From Lama guanicoe (lineage: Eukaryota), in assembly GCA_013239625.1 (NCBI GenBank), contig MU053934.1, positions 7,709,352 through 7,773,351 on the forward strand: DNA of 64,000 bases. Direction: 5' to 3'. A program made the position numbers and the translations under genes. Below the pieces are notes generated by a model. That model was not told the origin of the DNA. It did not search any database and saw nothing but the letters and a program-made list of their open reading frames with translations. Shown here piece after piece: positions 13,181-25,660 of the stretch. Numbering within the stretch: position 1 is the first letter of the stretch; each line of letters starts with the position of its first letter.

Positions 13181-14209
13181 AATCGGGGGTGGGGGGGAGG
13201 TGCGTTAAAATAGATGAGAAAGCTCTCCAAGGCAGGGCGGCCCAGGGGAAGACCGCCAGCTCTGAAGCGGGACTGCCTGGGGGTGGCTGCCGATCGAGGA
13301 GGCATGCGGGGACCTGACCCCCGAGCTGTCTGTCCCACCCTGTCCCTCCCTCATTGGGGAAGAGAGATAGGAACATGCCCGAGATGGCCGGGAGCACAGG
13401 ACGCTGTACAGCACGGAGGTTTCTCCTGTCATCAGACCGTCGTCACGGGGTTAAGTGATTATTTCCTTTTTGATACTTTCTGGTATTTTCCCAAATTGCC
13501 ACTATATGTATTTCCTTTAAAATCAGAAAAAAAGTATAATTCACATTGAAAATAGTATGAGTCACTGAGTTACAGCTCAGGAGAGGGCATTTGCCACACC
13601 CACACCAACCAAGGATGGGAATCCTTTCAGGCAGTTCTCAGACTGAGGCGGCCAGGTGGCTGGTAACTGCAGAGGGAAAAGTCCTGACAGTGCCGAGGGC
13701 TCAGGGGATGGGAGCGTCCGGAGCTCTCCCGCAGGGCTGGTGGGACGCACGCTGACCCGCACCGTGGCCCTGTCTGTGCAGTTGACCTTGCGCTCCCCGC
13801 CCCCACCCCAGACCCACGCAGAATGACCCTGAGTGTGCTGAGGAGGCGGTCACAGAAGGCCGGCTGTGCTCTGATTGTCACAGAGGAAACCGCAAACCAC
13901 CTACATGTCACCAGCAGGACGACGGTAACTGAGCAGGGTACGTTCATTCAATAGAATAAATCCATTTAATACATGGATTTTATAATGGCTTAAGTGAAGG
14001 AACTCAAGCCAATCTGACAACATGGATGCAACAAAGATAAATCTTAAATTCATGATATTAAGCAAGAAAAACAAAGTGCAGAAGACAGAAATTGATATAA
14101 GACCATATATAAAGTCTTAAGACATGCAACACGACACTGTGTTCTGTTAGGAATGCCCATCTACACGGCAAAGCTGAAAAAAAGCACACCCCCCCAGAGG
14201 AGACGGCAC

Positions 14210-14430
14210 TGCGTGGAGCCTGGAGTCCTGGGTTCACACGCCAGCTCTACTACACACCTTCTGGGGGACTACGACAAATTACTTAGTGTCCGTGCCCCAG
14301 TGTGCCCATCTATAAAACAGGGTGTTACTAGCAGGCACCTCGCAGTGGTATCAGGAGGCTTACAGGAGTTAATATGCAGAAAGGACTGGGGAGAGCGCCT
14401 CGTCCTCAGAAAGCACAATCTAGAGTTTGC
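14210..14430 (+). mobile_element. MIR SINE
   Basis: cctgggttcacacgccagctctact...ccccagtgtgcccatctataaaacaggg. Confidence 0.65.
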
Positions 14431-14480
14431 TGCTGTTACTGCTACGATCTTCATATCAGACCTTAAAAACGTTCATGCTG

Positions 14481-14620
14481 AGGGCGAGGGCATAGCTCAA
14501 GCGGCAGAGCACATGCTTAGCATGCAGGAGGTCCTGGGTTCAATCCCCAGTACCTCCTCCAAAAATAAATAAATAAACCTAATTACCCGCCGCCCCCCCC
14601 CCCAAAAAATTAATAAAAAA
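14481..14620 (+). mobile_element. tRNA-derived camelid SINE (Vic-1-like), full length with TSD
   Basis: A box TAGCTCAAGCGG, B box GGTTCAATCC and an A-rich tail. 15-bp TSD aaaaa(c/t)gttcatgct at 14465-14479 and 14617-14631. Confidence 0.88.
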
Positions 14621-15536
14621 ATGTTCATGCTATGTGCTCTAGTAACTTCGTTTCTAAGAATTCATCCCAGGTAAGTGGTTAAGGATTTATGAACTCAGAT
14701 ATTCGTTATATACAAAAGTGTGCAATTGAAAATGACCTAAGTGTCCAGCCATTTAATATATTATATGACAGTTAAATATGTTAACTATAGTTTAGCACAA
14801 GCCTGTTGTGATTTAGCTGTTGCATAATTTTTTGATTTTCCACATTTGTTTTCATCTCTCCTCCTGTGAAGGCGGGGACCATGGCCCCTGGGTGTCCATT
14901 CTCACTCACACAGAATGGTGACCAAGGCAGTCCAAGCTGGCTGAGACTGGACTGCAACTTTCACTAGTGATGTTGGTTCATCTACATTAAGAGACAGAGA
15001 AACAGCCTAAGAAGAAACACTTGTGCAGCCAGAGGGGTGGTCCCAGGAGGGAGCAAGGGCGCTGTGATCAGCCAGCCACCCTCCTCCAGGAAGCCCTCTC
15101 CGACTTCCCCCAGGGCCACACTATCTCCACCGTTACCCCGACCCCAGGCTTGGCCGATACGCATCAGCTGAGTGGGTCCCAGTTCCCTCATTCCTGGCTC
15201 GGGGCCTGACACACAGTGGGCCTCACTTCTCCGGACGCCGGCCCATCTTCAGGGACCTAAGATTCTTAGAACTCTAAAACAACCAGACAGAAGCAGGTTC
15301 TCCTAAACTTCTTTGAAAATAAAGGAAATAAAATAACTTTCCAATGAAGTAAAGGATACATATTTACCTTCTAATGCTTTGTGTAGAATTTATATCAATT
15401 TTTCATTTAGAATGAGCTAATTCACTGGGGTGATCGCCAATTTCTTTGAAGTGGTTTTAATTAATTACGTATTTTGCAAAAACTAATTTTAGCCCTTTTT
15501 CAAAAAGAAATGCTTATGTGTTGCCAACATTCTTAC

Positions 15537-15728
15537 CTCCTCAAGGTAACTGTTGAAGTTCTCGAGAAAATATTTCCAATTTATATAGGGGGTTAGATGA
15601 ATTCTCAGTTTTCTCAAAAAATAGTGATACTGGTTATCTGTCAGTTTGTAACAGAATTCCTTAAGAACTTGTCCAAAATCTGAAGCCGTTACAAACCCAG
15701 TGTCCTCTTTATCCAATGCAGAAAATGC
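15537..15728 (-). CDS. EFCAB6: EFCAB6 internal coding exon, 192 nt (AFSALDKEDTGFVTASDFGQVLKEFCYKLTDNQYHYFLRKLRIHLTPYINWKYFLENFNSYLEE)
   Basis: Poly-T tract with tttAG|GCA acceptor and GAG|GTAAGA donor; phase 0-0. EF-hand loop DKEDTGFVTASD; close to recalled human EFCAB6. Confidence 0.96.
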
Positions 15729-16669
15729 CTAAATTAAAAAAAAAAAGGCAGATGTTACTGTCAAGTGAATGTTTCAAAAGTATTTTTCTTAAGTATTGCT
15801 TTTCCGAGAGAAGATGCAATCATGTGGATGTGAGTCCCCTGTGGACTCTGAATTACTAAATAAATGCACCAGGATTGAAAGACAGGCAGGCAGGGTGTGC
15901 GCCCCGTGTAAGAGCTGGTGTGTTGTTGAGCAAACTCGCTTTAGTTGCTCCTGTTTGGACATGAAGAGGAACAGGAGTGAGAGGAACCCTGGTCCCATCT
16001 GGTAAGGGAAGCCTCACCTGGCCCAAGGAGGCCCATTTTACTGAGAAGAGAGGTTCCCGGGGGAAGAAACTTGCCCGAGGTCTCTCCATCATTAAATTCT
16101 AGCTCCTTAATGAAATGAATCACTTGTAACAGGAGGCTCAGGCTTGATCCCACCACCTCGGGTTGTGGGGCGGGGACCCCAAGATTGGAGTCCGAGGTCA
16201 GAAGTGGCCAGGACCGGGAGTCGAGGGACCACCCCGTCTCACCCCCGCCCTGGGGCTTGCACACTGAGGCTGCTGTCCCTACCATACCCCCCCTCACCCC
16301 CGCCAGAGCCCGAGGGGCCTGGCCTCCCACGAGGACCCCACCGCCCCGGCCCGTGCCTGTGCTGGAGGGGCCGGGGCAGACAGCGCCAACCCAGCAGCAG
16401 AGCAGTCAAACCAAAGTGCAAAACATTTGCTATAAAAAGAAAGCACGTTTTTTTTTTTCCCTCTGTTGAAACAAAAATCATTCATTTTTATTGCCCTAGA
16501 TAACCTGTATCAAGTGGTAGGTTAAGATCTTATTTTTTTTAAATAAGAGTTGAATGCACTTGCAGACCCGAACGCAAGTTCCCTTGTGGATAATTCCCAT
16601 TCAGGGCTAGTCAGGCACACCGGTCGGCCCACGGGGCGGTGGTGTTTGCATAATAACCAAATTAACCTT

Positions 16670-16848
16670 GTGTGCCAATTTCTGGTGCACAGCACAGTGT
16701 CCCTCCCAGTCATGCATATACAGACATTTATTCATTTTCATATATTTTTTCATTAAAGGTTATTACAAGATGCTGAACATAGTTCTCTGTGCTATACAGA
16801 GGAAACTTTATTAAATCTATTTTTTTATATAGTGGCTAACGTTTGTAA
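16670..16848 (-). mobile_element. Short artiodactyl/camelid LINE-1 3'UTR fragment with 12-bp TSD and no poly(A) tail
   Basis: caatttctggtgcacagc...ggttattacaagatgctgaacatagttctctgtgctatacag. Perfect direct repeat caaattaacctt at 16658-16669 and 16849-16860. Confidence 0.8.
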
Positions 16849-18086
16849 CAAATTAACCTTAATGCTGTCTAGCTTTGAGTTCTTATTTAGCCCATGGTGC
16901 TGCGACATAGCCGTGTACACTGGACAAACTTCCGGCTCCACAGCCAGGAGTGGCCTTTGAACCTTGGCTGTGCTGCCCACCATAAGCCCTTGACCTCTCT
17001 GAGCTTGACTTCTTGGCAGAAGAGGGACTTCATAACTTGTGTTGCTCTAAATTTTCCCACGGCAATCTGAAAATGCACCAGTCCAGGCACCTGGCACCTG
17101 GTGGATCTCAGCAGATGTTAAGGAGAATGATCGCCACAGTTAAGAGTGGACCGAGCGTTCTGCAACAGGGGCGGTAGGAGGCGCTGTGGCGCTGCAACGC
17201 CTGGGGGACCTACGGGGTGAGCTTGGGTCAGGCTGGCTCTGGCCACAGGACCTGCACTTCCCTGGGGCCATGTGGCTCCCTGGGTGTCAATCCAGCTGCC
17301 AAGCCTCATGGTGGGTGGGGGAATCAAATGTGCAAAAGCGAGGAGATCTATAAAACTCTACCTAAATAAGTCCGCACATGATAGACATGGAGGCAATTCT
17401 GTTCTGACTGTGTCGTCTGGACAGCGCGTGCCCAGCATCACACAAAAGTCTCCGGATTCACTGAACTGCGAGCCCTGCCCTCTGCACACGGCATCTCTCT
17501 CCCCGCGGCCGCCGCTGCAGGGGGACTCACGCATGGACCTGCGTGGGGGGCCGGCAACCCCCTGGGAGCAGGGCGAGAGCGCTGTTTTCCAGAATGCCCC
17601 TTACAGTACCAACCCCACCCATCAGCGCGAGCCACAGCGGCACACAGACAGCAGCCTGAGTATCAGTGTGCACGGCGGCCCCTGCTGACCTTCCACGAGC
17701 CTCTGTGCCACCACCTGGCCCTGGCCACCTGGTGCCGCTCATCTCCCTGGGCCTGTGCTCACCTGAGGCCTCTGCCCTCTGTCCTCTTTGCCCAGAACCC
17801 CCTGCTGTCGATGCAGACCCAGCATTTGCTAAACACTGAGCACTCTTCCCTCAGAGAGCGTGTGCTGGTATGATCATGGTAGTTCTGTACAGGGCAGAAA
17901 TGGATTCACATTTGCTTAAATGAACAATCTCATCTTGACCAGCTCGTCGAGTTCTGATGCCCAAGGAGAGTGGAGGGAGGCGGGAGGGGTCCAGGAGGAC
18001 GAGGAGGGCTGGGAGGTGTGTGTCGGCACCTGTCTGAGGACCTGAACCCCAGTTTCCACAATAAAAGCACTTGCAGCCTGACATAC

Positions 18087-18282
18087 CGTTGACAAAGCCG
18101 GACTGGAGGAGGCAACCACCTCCTGGATGTTCTTCAGAACCTCCTCTGGACTCAGTGCTGCAAAATTGATGGACATGCCCTGTTCTTTCTCCTGGGGCTG
18201 AGGTTTGGTCGGCTTGCTGTTCTCCACCGCTCTCAAGAAGTCAAGGTAATTGATGGAATTATCATGACAGCTGATTCCCCAA
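18087..18282 (-). CDS. EFCAB6: EFCAB6 internal coding exon, 196 nt (WGISCHDNSINYLDFLRAVENSKPTKPQPQEKEQGMSINFAALSPEEVLKNIQEVVASSSPALST)
   Basis: Atypical acceptor ggggacaAG|TTGG and donor ACG|GTATGT; phase 2 to 0. Contains the INYLDFLRAVENSK motif. Confidence 0.9.
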
Positions 18283-20479
18283 CTTGTCCCCCAAAAAAGA
18301 AAACAATATATTAATTTAAAAACCCATCACTTATTCATTCAACAAACACTTGCTGAGCACAGAACAGTGTGGAGAATATGAATGACGTTGAGATACCGTT
18401 CCCTGGCTGGTAGGTGCATGCATGTGCATTAGCGACATCAGCCGAGCACACACAAACACTGCGGTGTAGGGGCACGGGGCAGGGCTAGGAGAGGAGAGCG
18501 TGCAGGCCGCTGCCGCCTGCTGGAGCCGCAGGCTGTCCTGCCCTGAAGCCCTGACACTTGAAGGCTGGACAGTAGGGCTCACGGCTTTGAAGAGCAGAGG
18601 GTGAGGGGAGGAGGCCTGGCTAAGGAATCTGGCCATATGACTGGGTGCTTCAGCCAGGACGTGACATTTTCAGAGTAGTGTCATGGGGAGATAAATCTGA
18701 CAGCGGTGACAGAGACGGTCTGGAGGCAAAAGCACGGTGGGTGAAGGGTAGGGGCTGTGGTCATTGAGACCTCGGCTAACGAGGGCCTGAGCTCGGAAAT
18801 GGCAGGGGAGTTTGAAAAGAAGGGAAGACACGTCAAAGACAGTGAAAAGGAAGAGAGGAACTGAGTGAAACAAGTTAAATTATTTTCCAAGGATGGTTGA
18901 AACTACACTGTCAAGCTGAAAGCACTCGAAACATTTTTATGAAACCCGTATAGCTTAGTATTTTCTCAAATAGAAGTTCCATCTGAGTGTCCATCTCAAC
19001 AAGGACCTCCACGGAGAAACAGGCTCCTCCCTGCCCTGTGCTCCGACATGGAGGAAAAGACCTTCAAGTTCTAGAAGACCCCACTGGGAGAGCGTATCCA
19101 AGTTCCCGAGCGCACAGGGCATATTAACTGAAGACGTAAAGTAACTCAGACCGAAGTCCGGTTGTATTCAAAGTTCACACGTCTGCAACACACATGCCCT
19201 GGGGGCTGCTGGCACTGTGACCCCTAAACTTCCTCTGAGCAGGATGGAGTGTGTGTCAAAGAAGAACAGCTGGAAACGCCGGGAAGCCGGAGAGAAAGTT
19301 TCCAGCCACTCAGCTATCTGCCGCTGCAGAGCACGAGCCAGGAGCTGCGCTCGCCCGACCCGCAGCTGCAGGGAGCGCTCCGCAGGCCCGCGCCGCTGGC
19401 TGCCGTGGCGGAGACGCCGAGGACGAGGATAATCAGCTCTATTTCATCAGCAGGATAAATTGCCAACTCGGTATTAAAATTTAGTAATAAAATCAAATGC
19501 ATATGCTAATCTCAGTATTATTTAGAAAAGTCTATTTTGGACCTAGAAAAGAATAATCTACATATAATTACAAATAACAGAGATGTTTATCATCAAGAGG
19601 TCTTTGAGAAGAAACAAGCGACCGAACGATGGATCCTTATTAAGGTTTCAATTCGTAAAAAAGTTGATCACCCCACTGACAGGTGGACTGCAGAAATCTC
19701 ACAGCCCTTTTGTGGTTGTTTATGGAAGTATCAAGCCTAACTACGTTTTAACAAGACTCTCTTATAATCATTCAGTTAATTATTTAGCTGGTGCTATTTT
19801 TCCATGATTTATTCACTGAATGCATTTGAATTCTTGTTCAGCTGGAAATAGATTTAGTGAGAGGAGCCCCTGTTTAAGGAAGAAGAGAATATATAGACAC
19901 TTGGGAATGAAATGGTCCTCCTTCCCCCCACCCCACATGCACACACACACACTCACACCCGTGCACACAAATACACACACACATACACACAGATGACACC
20001 GGACTTAGCTCAAACACAATGGAGCACTGTCCTTCAAAATTGTTAAGGAAAATGATTCTCTGTTCAGGCAAAGCTAGCAATCTGTAGGAAGGAAAATAAA
20101 AAACATTTTCAGACAGAGGACTCAGAAAATTTATTTTCCATCCACCTGTTCTTAAGAGATTACTTCAGGGGGTACTCCAGCAAAATAAGAATGTAAATTA
20201 AGAAATAAAAAGATGTGGTATATAAAACAGGGGATCCACTCCAGGAGAATAGCAGGGATGGCCCAGGACGCTCTTGGATGGCAGATCTCGAACAGGAGAA
20301 TGGGGAGCCAGGCCCCAGGATGGAGGGCACCAGGGAGAAAACTGGAGAGAGCACAAAGTAGGGCAGAATGCTGGGGAAAGCTGAAGGCTGACAATGTTGA
20401 ACTCACCTGAGCCCCAAGTTCAGACAACAGTGATAGTCAAAGAAATCACCCTACTCTTTATGCTCCTGGAAACATCTTA

Positions 20480-23215
20480 CAGCAAAGAACCACCTTTCCC
20501 CAAATGGCTTAGAAAAGATGTACCGATACCCCCAGGCTTGCCTACGACAAGGTGGACGCAGAGGCTCAGGGACAGTGCCACTGAGAAGAAAGCTAATTTC
20601 CATTCATCACCTGGACACTGGACAATAACTACATAGTCATAATCGTGAAATGCTGTAGAATGGTTTTTGAGGTTTAGAATCAGCTTACGAAGCAAGTAGA
20701 GAGGACCCGGTGGAGGCCTAGGACAGAAGGTTATACTTAACTATCTTTTCCAAAGAAACACTGCAGCTACAAAAGATGGGACAGAGAGAGGAAAAGTGGT
20801 AGAAAGAGGAAGGAGCCCTGCACAGAACTTGGAAGTGCCGCTCTCATCTTATAGGAAGAAGAAGCCAGAAAACCGAAAACCAATGACTTTTCCTGGTCCT
20901 GTCAGGAACCTGAGGTCACAGGCCAAGTCATCACCTTGCAGTCTGGAGAGACGGGAGGATACAGAGGATTATAGCCAAGGTCTGCTTTCCTGGAACAAAA
21001 GCCCTTGGACCTGTGGGCTGGCAGGACCACTTAAATGGTACCGTGAACAACAGGTGGAGGCCATGTGCGGACCAGAGTGAGAGTGAGAACTCCTGGGGGC
21101 CCTGTCTTGGGGGCCCCCGACTTCCATGGGCTTTACCTTCAAGAATCCCACCAGGTTATCACAGTGAGAATCTGAGGATGGTCCCCTCTTGGCTCTGGCA
21201 GGGGATGGGAAAGACCAGTCCTTGGGAAATAAGCCCAGAGCCGTCTTCATGGTAATTTTCCAAGGGAAAAGACTCTCCCAGGGCCTGATCCCACCTGGGA
21301 GAAGGGCAAACAGCCAACTCCAGCCCCTCCCAACTTCCTGTCTCACCTAAGGGAGAAAAAAGGGTAAGAAACATTTCTGAAGGTTGCAGCTCAGGGACTC
21401 AAGCCAACTAAGAGACTGAAATTCAATCACAAGAGAATAGAGTCCTTCCCCCACCTCTGACCACCACATCGGGTCAGCGCCAGCAGACTCACAGTGGCTT
21501 ACAACCGAAAGCTGCAGACAGAGACTCTGTGTAAGGAGGGGTTCCCGGAGAAGCTCAATCCAACAGAGGAGACAAAACCAGGGTCGCTGGAGGAAACCTA
21601 ATGGCTGCAGCAACGTGAAACTCAGCTCAGCTCCTACCCCAAATTAACACAGAACCTCGCACTACAGGCCTGATGACCTCAGCTTCTGTTACTCAGTACG
21701 TCATGTCTGGCTTTCAAAAACAACAAAAAACTAAAGGCACGCTAAAGGCAAGAAAGAAAAAAAAAACCCAAAACCTCTGAAGAGGCAAAAAAGCAAGCGT
21801 GAGAGCCCCGCTCAGACATGACCTATTCTGGAATTATCAGACAGGGAATTTAAAATGACTGTGATTAAGTCGTACAGGAGTCTAAGGGAGGAGGCAGACA
21901 ACACGTGAAACAAATGGCCAGTGTAAGCAGAGGACGGAAACTTGAAGGAGGAAGCGAAGTTGATGCTGGGAATGAAAAACAGACTCACAGTCTTGAAGAA
22001 GGCCTTTGGTGGGCTCGTCTGTAGCCTGGACATGGTTGAGGGGAAAAACAGTGAGCTTGAAGTATGTCCATAGAAAATTCCCAAACTGAAGTGCAAAGAG
22101 AAGAAGAGGATGGGGGAAAAAACCCAGAACAGAGTATCCAAGAACTGTGGGGCGATGTCACGGAGCGGAGCATCCACATACCTGGAATTCCAGAAGGAGA
22201 AGAAGAAAGGCTCAAGAAAAACATGGGAGGAAATGCTGGCCAAGACTTTTCCAAAATTAATGACGGACACAAAGCACAGATCCAGGAGTCTCGGAGAGCA
22301 TGAGGCAGAAAAACACCAAAACACCACAAAACCTACTGCTAGGGGTGTCGTGCGCAAACTGCAGAAAACCAGAGACAGAAAATCTTGAAAGAGCCAGAGG
22401 GGGCACAAGCTCACTGCAGAGGACACAGGTGAGAGTTACACAGGGCTTCTCATCAGAGAAGCAGGCAAGCAAGAAGAGAGTGGACTGAACTATTTAGAGA
22501 AAGACTCCCCCTACCCCAGACTGGAATTCGATATCCACTAAACTTATGCCCCCAAAATGAAGGAGAAATAAATACATTCTCAGACAAACAAAAACCGAGG
22601 GAATTAATCACCAGTCACCTTGTCTTTCAAAAATGCTAAAATACACTTCTTCACAGAGAAGGAAAACCATATGGGTCAGACACTTGGATAGAAAGAAAGA
22701 AAAAGGAAGAAAGAGAGGACGGAGAGAGAGGGAAAGAGTGAGCATAAAAGAAGAAAGAAATAAAGGCGAAATAATATCCTTTATTTTCCTTATTCCTTTT
22801 TGTTTTGGTTTGGTTTTTGGTTTTTTAAAGGGAGTGGAATCAGGCTCATTTATTTATGTTCTATTTATTTTTTTTATTTATCAGAGGTGCTGGGGACTCA
22901 ACCCAGCACCGCGTGCACGCCAAGCATGCGCCCTCCCATTGAGCTATATCCTCCCCACTATTTCCTTATTCTTAGCTGATCTAACAGGTAATTGTCCAAA
23001 GGGACAATAACAATACACTGGGCGATCACAGCACAGGGATGAGTGAAGTGGATAAGCACAGGGCTGTGAGGGATGGGAGGAGGATGTGGGGATGCTCTGT
23101 AATGAGGCACCTGCGCTTCCCGCGAAGCAGGAGGGTGTGACTTGACAGTGGACTCAGCCCTGTGGCTTATGTGTACCCAAACTCTAGAGCAACTGCTGTC
23201 ATTTTTTTAAAGGGA
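20480..23215 (+). mobile_element. Old LINE-1 5' region and ORF1 remnant (L1MC/MD-like)
   Basis: ORF1p-like IHIPGIPEGEEE... in ORF 22064-22303, and aatgaaggagaaataaatacattctcagacaaacaaaa near 22557. 5' boundary uncertain. Confidence 0.75.
22796..22957 (-). mobile_element. tRNA-derived camelid SINE inserted in an L1, same orientation as EFCAB6
   Basis: Reverse complement of the GGGGAGGATATAGCTCAATGGGAG...GGGTTGAGTCCCCAGCACCTC head, with a T-rich tail on the + strand. TSD tttccttattc at 22785-22795 and 22961-22971. Confidence 0.82.
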
Positions 23216-23534
23216 GGGGAGGGCTGCTAATATTCTCACTCCACAAAGAGAGGAATATAAGACTTGTCTAATGTTCTGCTAAAGTATCCTGCCAGATAGA
23301 AAGTGCAGACAGAAGCTGTCCAAGGAGGAGCAATCAACTCTGCGTCATCTCGGTGTGAGATGGCAAGTGGGTAAGACTTGTAATTAAAGCGGCTTGAACG
23401 CACATAACTGGCTCTGTGCCCACTTAAAACCCTTCTAACCTGACAGAAGAATGAAGAATGTTCAGGTGATTTCTGTTCCACTCCTTGGACAAAATAAAAT
23501 ACAAGTGAAGTGGGAAAAAAAAAAAGGTATAAAA

Positions 23535-23699
23535 CAGTGGTTCTTAGAGCGGGCACTCCAGTCCAGCAGCATCAGCACCGCCCAGGACCTCCTTAGACAT
23601 GCAGGCTCCCGGGCCCCACCCTAGACTTGCTAACTCAGCACCTGGGGGAGGGACCCAGCAGGCCGAGTTTCTGATGCTTGCTGGAGTTGAGGACCACGG
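23535..23699. mobile_element. MER5A-like hAT MITE
   Basis: cagtggttct...ccagcagcatcagcac...ttagacatgcaggctcccgggccccaccctagac...gttgaggaccac. Confidence 0.75.
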
Positions 23700-24044
23700 A
23701 CAGAAACCACGAAGGACAGAGAGAAAGTGAAAGAAGACAAACAGCTGCTGGGATTTTGATGGATGAGGGAAAATGGATGTATCAACAGAAGGAACGGGGA
23801 AGAGCTCCTGGGTACACTCTGCACACACCGTCCGACCTCCAGAAGTGGGTGCCAGCTACGTCGACAAGTAGGGATGAAAGTGGTTAAAACCGAAGGATTG
23901 TCTAAGAGCCTGTGTGGGAAGCAACGGGACCCCCTGCCCCTTCCAAACTCCAGGCGGCTAGGTGCCTGTCCCCCACCCTCCCACCACCCACAACGGAAGA
24001 TCTGGAGGTGTGTTCTCTGGAGATGGTAAGTGTTTCTCAACTGC

Positions 24045-24135
24045 AGGGCATCTGTTCTTTGCCTCTTCCAGCTTCTGGCGGCTGCTTGCAACCCTTGGCT
24101 GTGGCCGCATCACTCCAGTTTCTCCCTCTCTGGTC
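24045..24135 (-). mobile_element. MLT1 LTR fragment
   Basis: ctttgcctcttccagcttctggcggctgc...ccttggctgtggccgcatcactccag, typical of MLT1C/D. Confidence 0.6.
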
Positions 24136-24189
24136 ACTTCTGGGTGAAATCTTATCTGGCAAACCTAGTCCCTGGGAAATCTGATCAGC

Positions 24190-25310
24190 CCAAGGGAAAA
24201 GTTTTAAATATACTGACATTGGGGGATCCTCCAAGGAAACGACCTGCCAGATTACCCTACCAAAGTAGTTCAAACTAAAGTTGATTAGCTCTACCTATCT
24301 GTACAGAACTTGTAATCTGCTTTTCAGTGTCTCACTCTTAATATAAGCACCTTTTTGAGGAAAATGTCTAACCTGGAAGATGGTAAGAAAAAGTAATACT
24401 GATGACAAACTTCTCAGGTGAAGAAAACTTTCATAAAAATCTATTGTTAATATCATCAGAGAAATGAATTAGCGTATCTATGAAACAAGAACAGGATGCT
24501 ATAGAAAAGGAACATTCTGAGAACAAAAAAATTCCAAAAGAAGTGTTGGGAACTAAAACTAAGGAAATCTCCCAAAAGGTGGAGCAAGAATAAAAAGTGA
24601 TGGAGGCCAGGAAAGACTGCAGGTGGTTCACTAATTCGTAACAATAAGAGCTTCAGAAAGAAACCAACAGGAGAGGAACTAATTCATGAAATAAATCAAG
24701 AAAATGGCTGAGAATGGAAGAACCTGAAATGGGTCACCCAAGAAGATGAAGCTGACAGATCTGCTGAAGTGTGTTCAGACACACTGGAAAAACGTTTTAC
24801 AAGTGGGGTGAGTTGAGGGGTTAATTAGTGTGATAAGAAACAGAAAAAATAAGTATTAATTCCAGGAAAAACACAATGCTATACAGGAAAAGAAAAGTGA
24901 TCAGCTGGTCCCAATAATGTAAACCCTGAATGTTGAACTGCCCCAGACTGTGATGCAGCAAGATGGGGAGCCCATGGAGATAGGTGTGTATGTGTTTTCA
25001 TGGAGGGGGAGCTGAGAGGGTGAGTGGTGGGTGGGATGTGACAGGTGAAAAAGAGTTAAATCCGCATCTTCCAGGCAGACACCACCTGAGAGTGAAAAAT
25101 CAAGAAGTGGCTGTGGAAGCTTGTCACTTAGAACTACTTAGGGAAGAACTGAAAGAGCTGCGTTAAAAGCGTGGGAAGCTGTTGTTTCTGTGGTGGGGGG
25201 AGAGATGCGGAGAACAGGAGGGCTGGAGGCTCCTGATTTTCATAAGCCTTGCAACACCACGTGCCTCCTGCTCAAGTGCATGAATAACTTGTGTACAATT
25301 AAAATCATGT
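24190..25310 (+). mobile_element. Highly degraded L1M fragments
   Basis: A-rich ORF1-like sequence (gaaacaagaacaggatgctatagaaaaggaacattctgagaac, aataagagcttcagaaag). Confidence 0.55.
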
Positions 25311-25660
25311 GAAAAAATGATGATCGTGTTGCTGAGACACATCAGGAAAAGTTTATGCATCTGTCAAGTCTTTCTTTCTGCTTTGGGCTGACTCAGCCCA
25401 TTAGAATATAGCCCGGAATACGTGCAGGCTCATTCTATTTTTGTTTTTGTTTTGAAGCCATATTGGTTTATAACCTTATGTAAGTTTCATGATGACAACA
25501 TTATATTTCTACTTCTGTAAACAGATAGAGACTGGCGTTTTGGTGGTGTGGAGGTCATTTCAACGCTGTTCGAGCGGACCAAGAAGAAGAAATTCAGGAA
25601 AGCAATGTGACAGCATGATTTTCGGTGCAGAGAAGTGCGGTTAACTTTGTCAAAGAAAAC

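Noticed and set aside
14481..14556. tRNA-Ala-like genes (also at 22885, 47911 and 52481)
   Set aside because: They have A and B boxes, but they continue into a shared SINE body and A-rich tail, and two copies have TSDs. They are SINEs, not tRNA genes.
1..15536. Next EFCAB6 exon (TADEWAEKMPKGPPP-like) or another gene
   Set aside because: I found no matching peptide with splice sites by eye. The exon probably lies beyond the window start, although a diverged exon could have been missed.
21812..22426. 204-aa hydrophobic minus-strand ORF resembling a membrane protein
   Set aside because: It is the antisense reading of A-rich L1 ORF1 sequence, which yields Phe/Leu/Ser-rich artefacts.
18283..25660. 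Possible minor-spliceosome (U12) intron, because the donor GTTTTCTTT resembles GTATCCTTT
   Set aside because: It mismatches at two highly conserved positions, has no CCTTAAC branch site near the acceptor, and has a U2-type pyrimidine tract.
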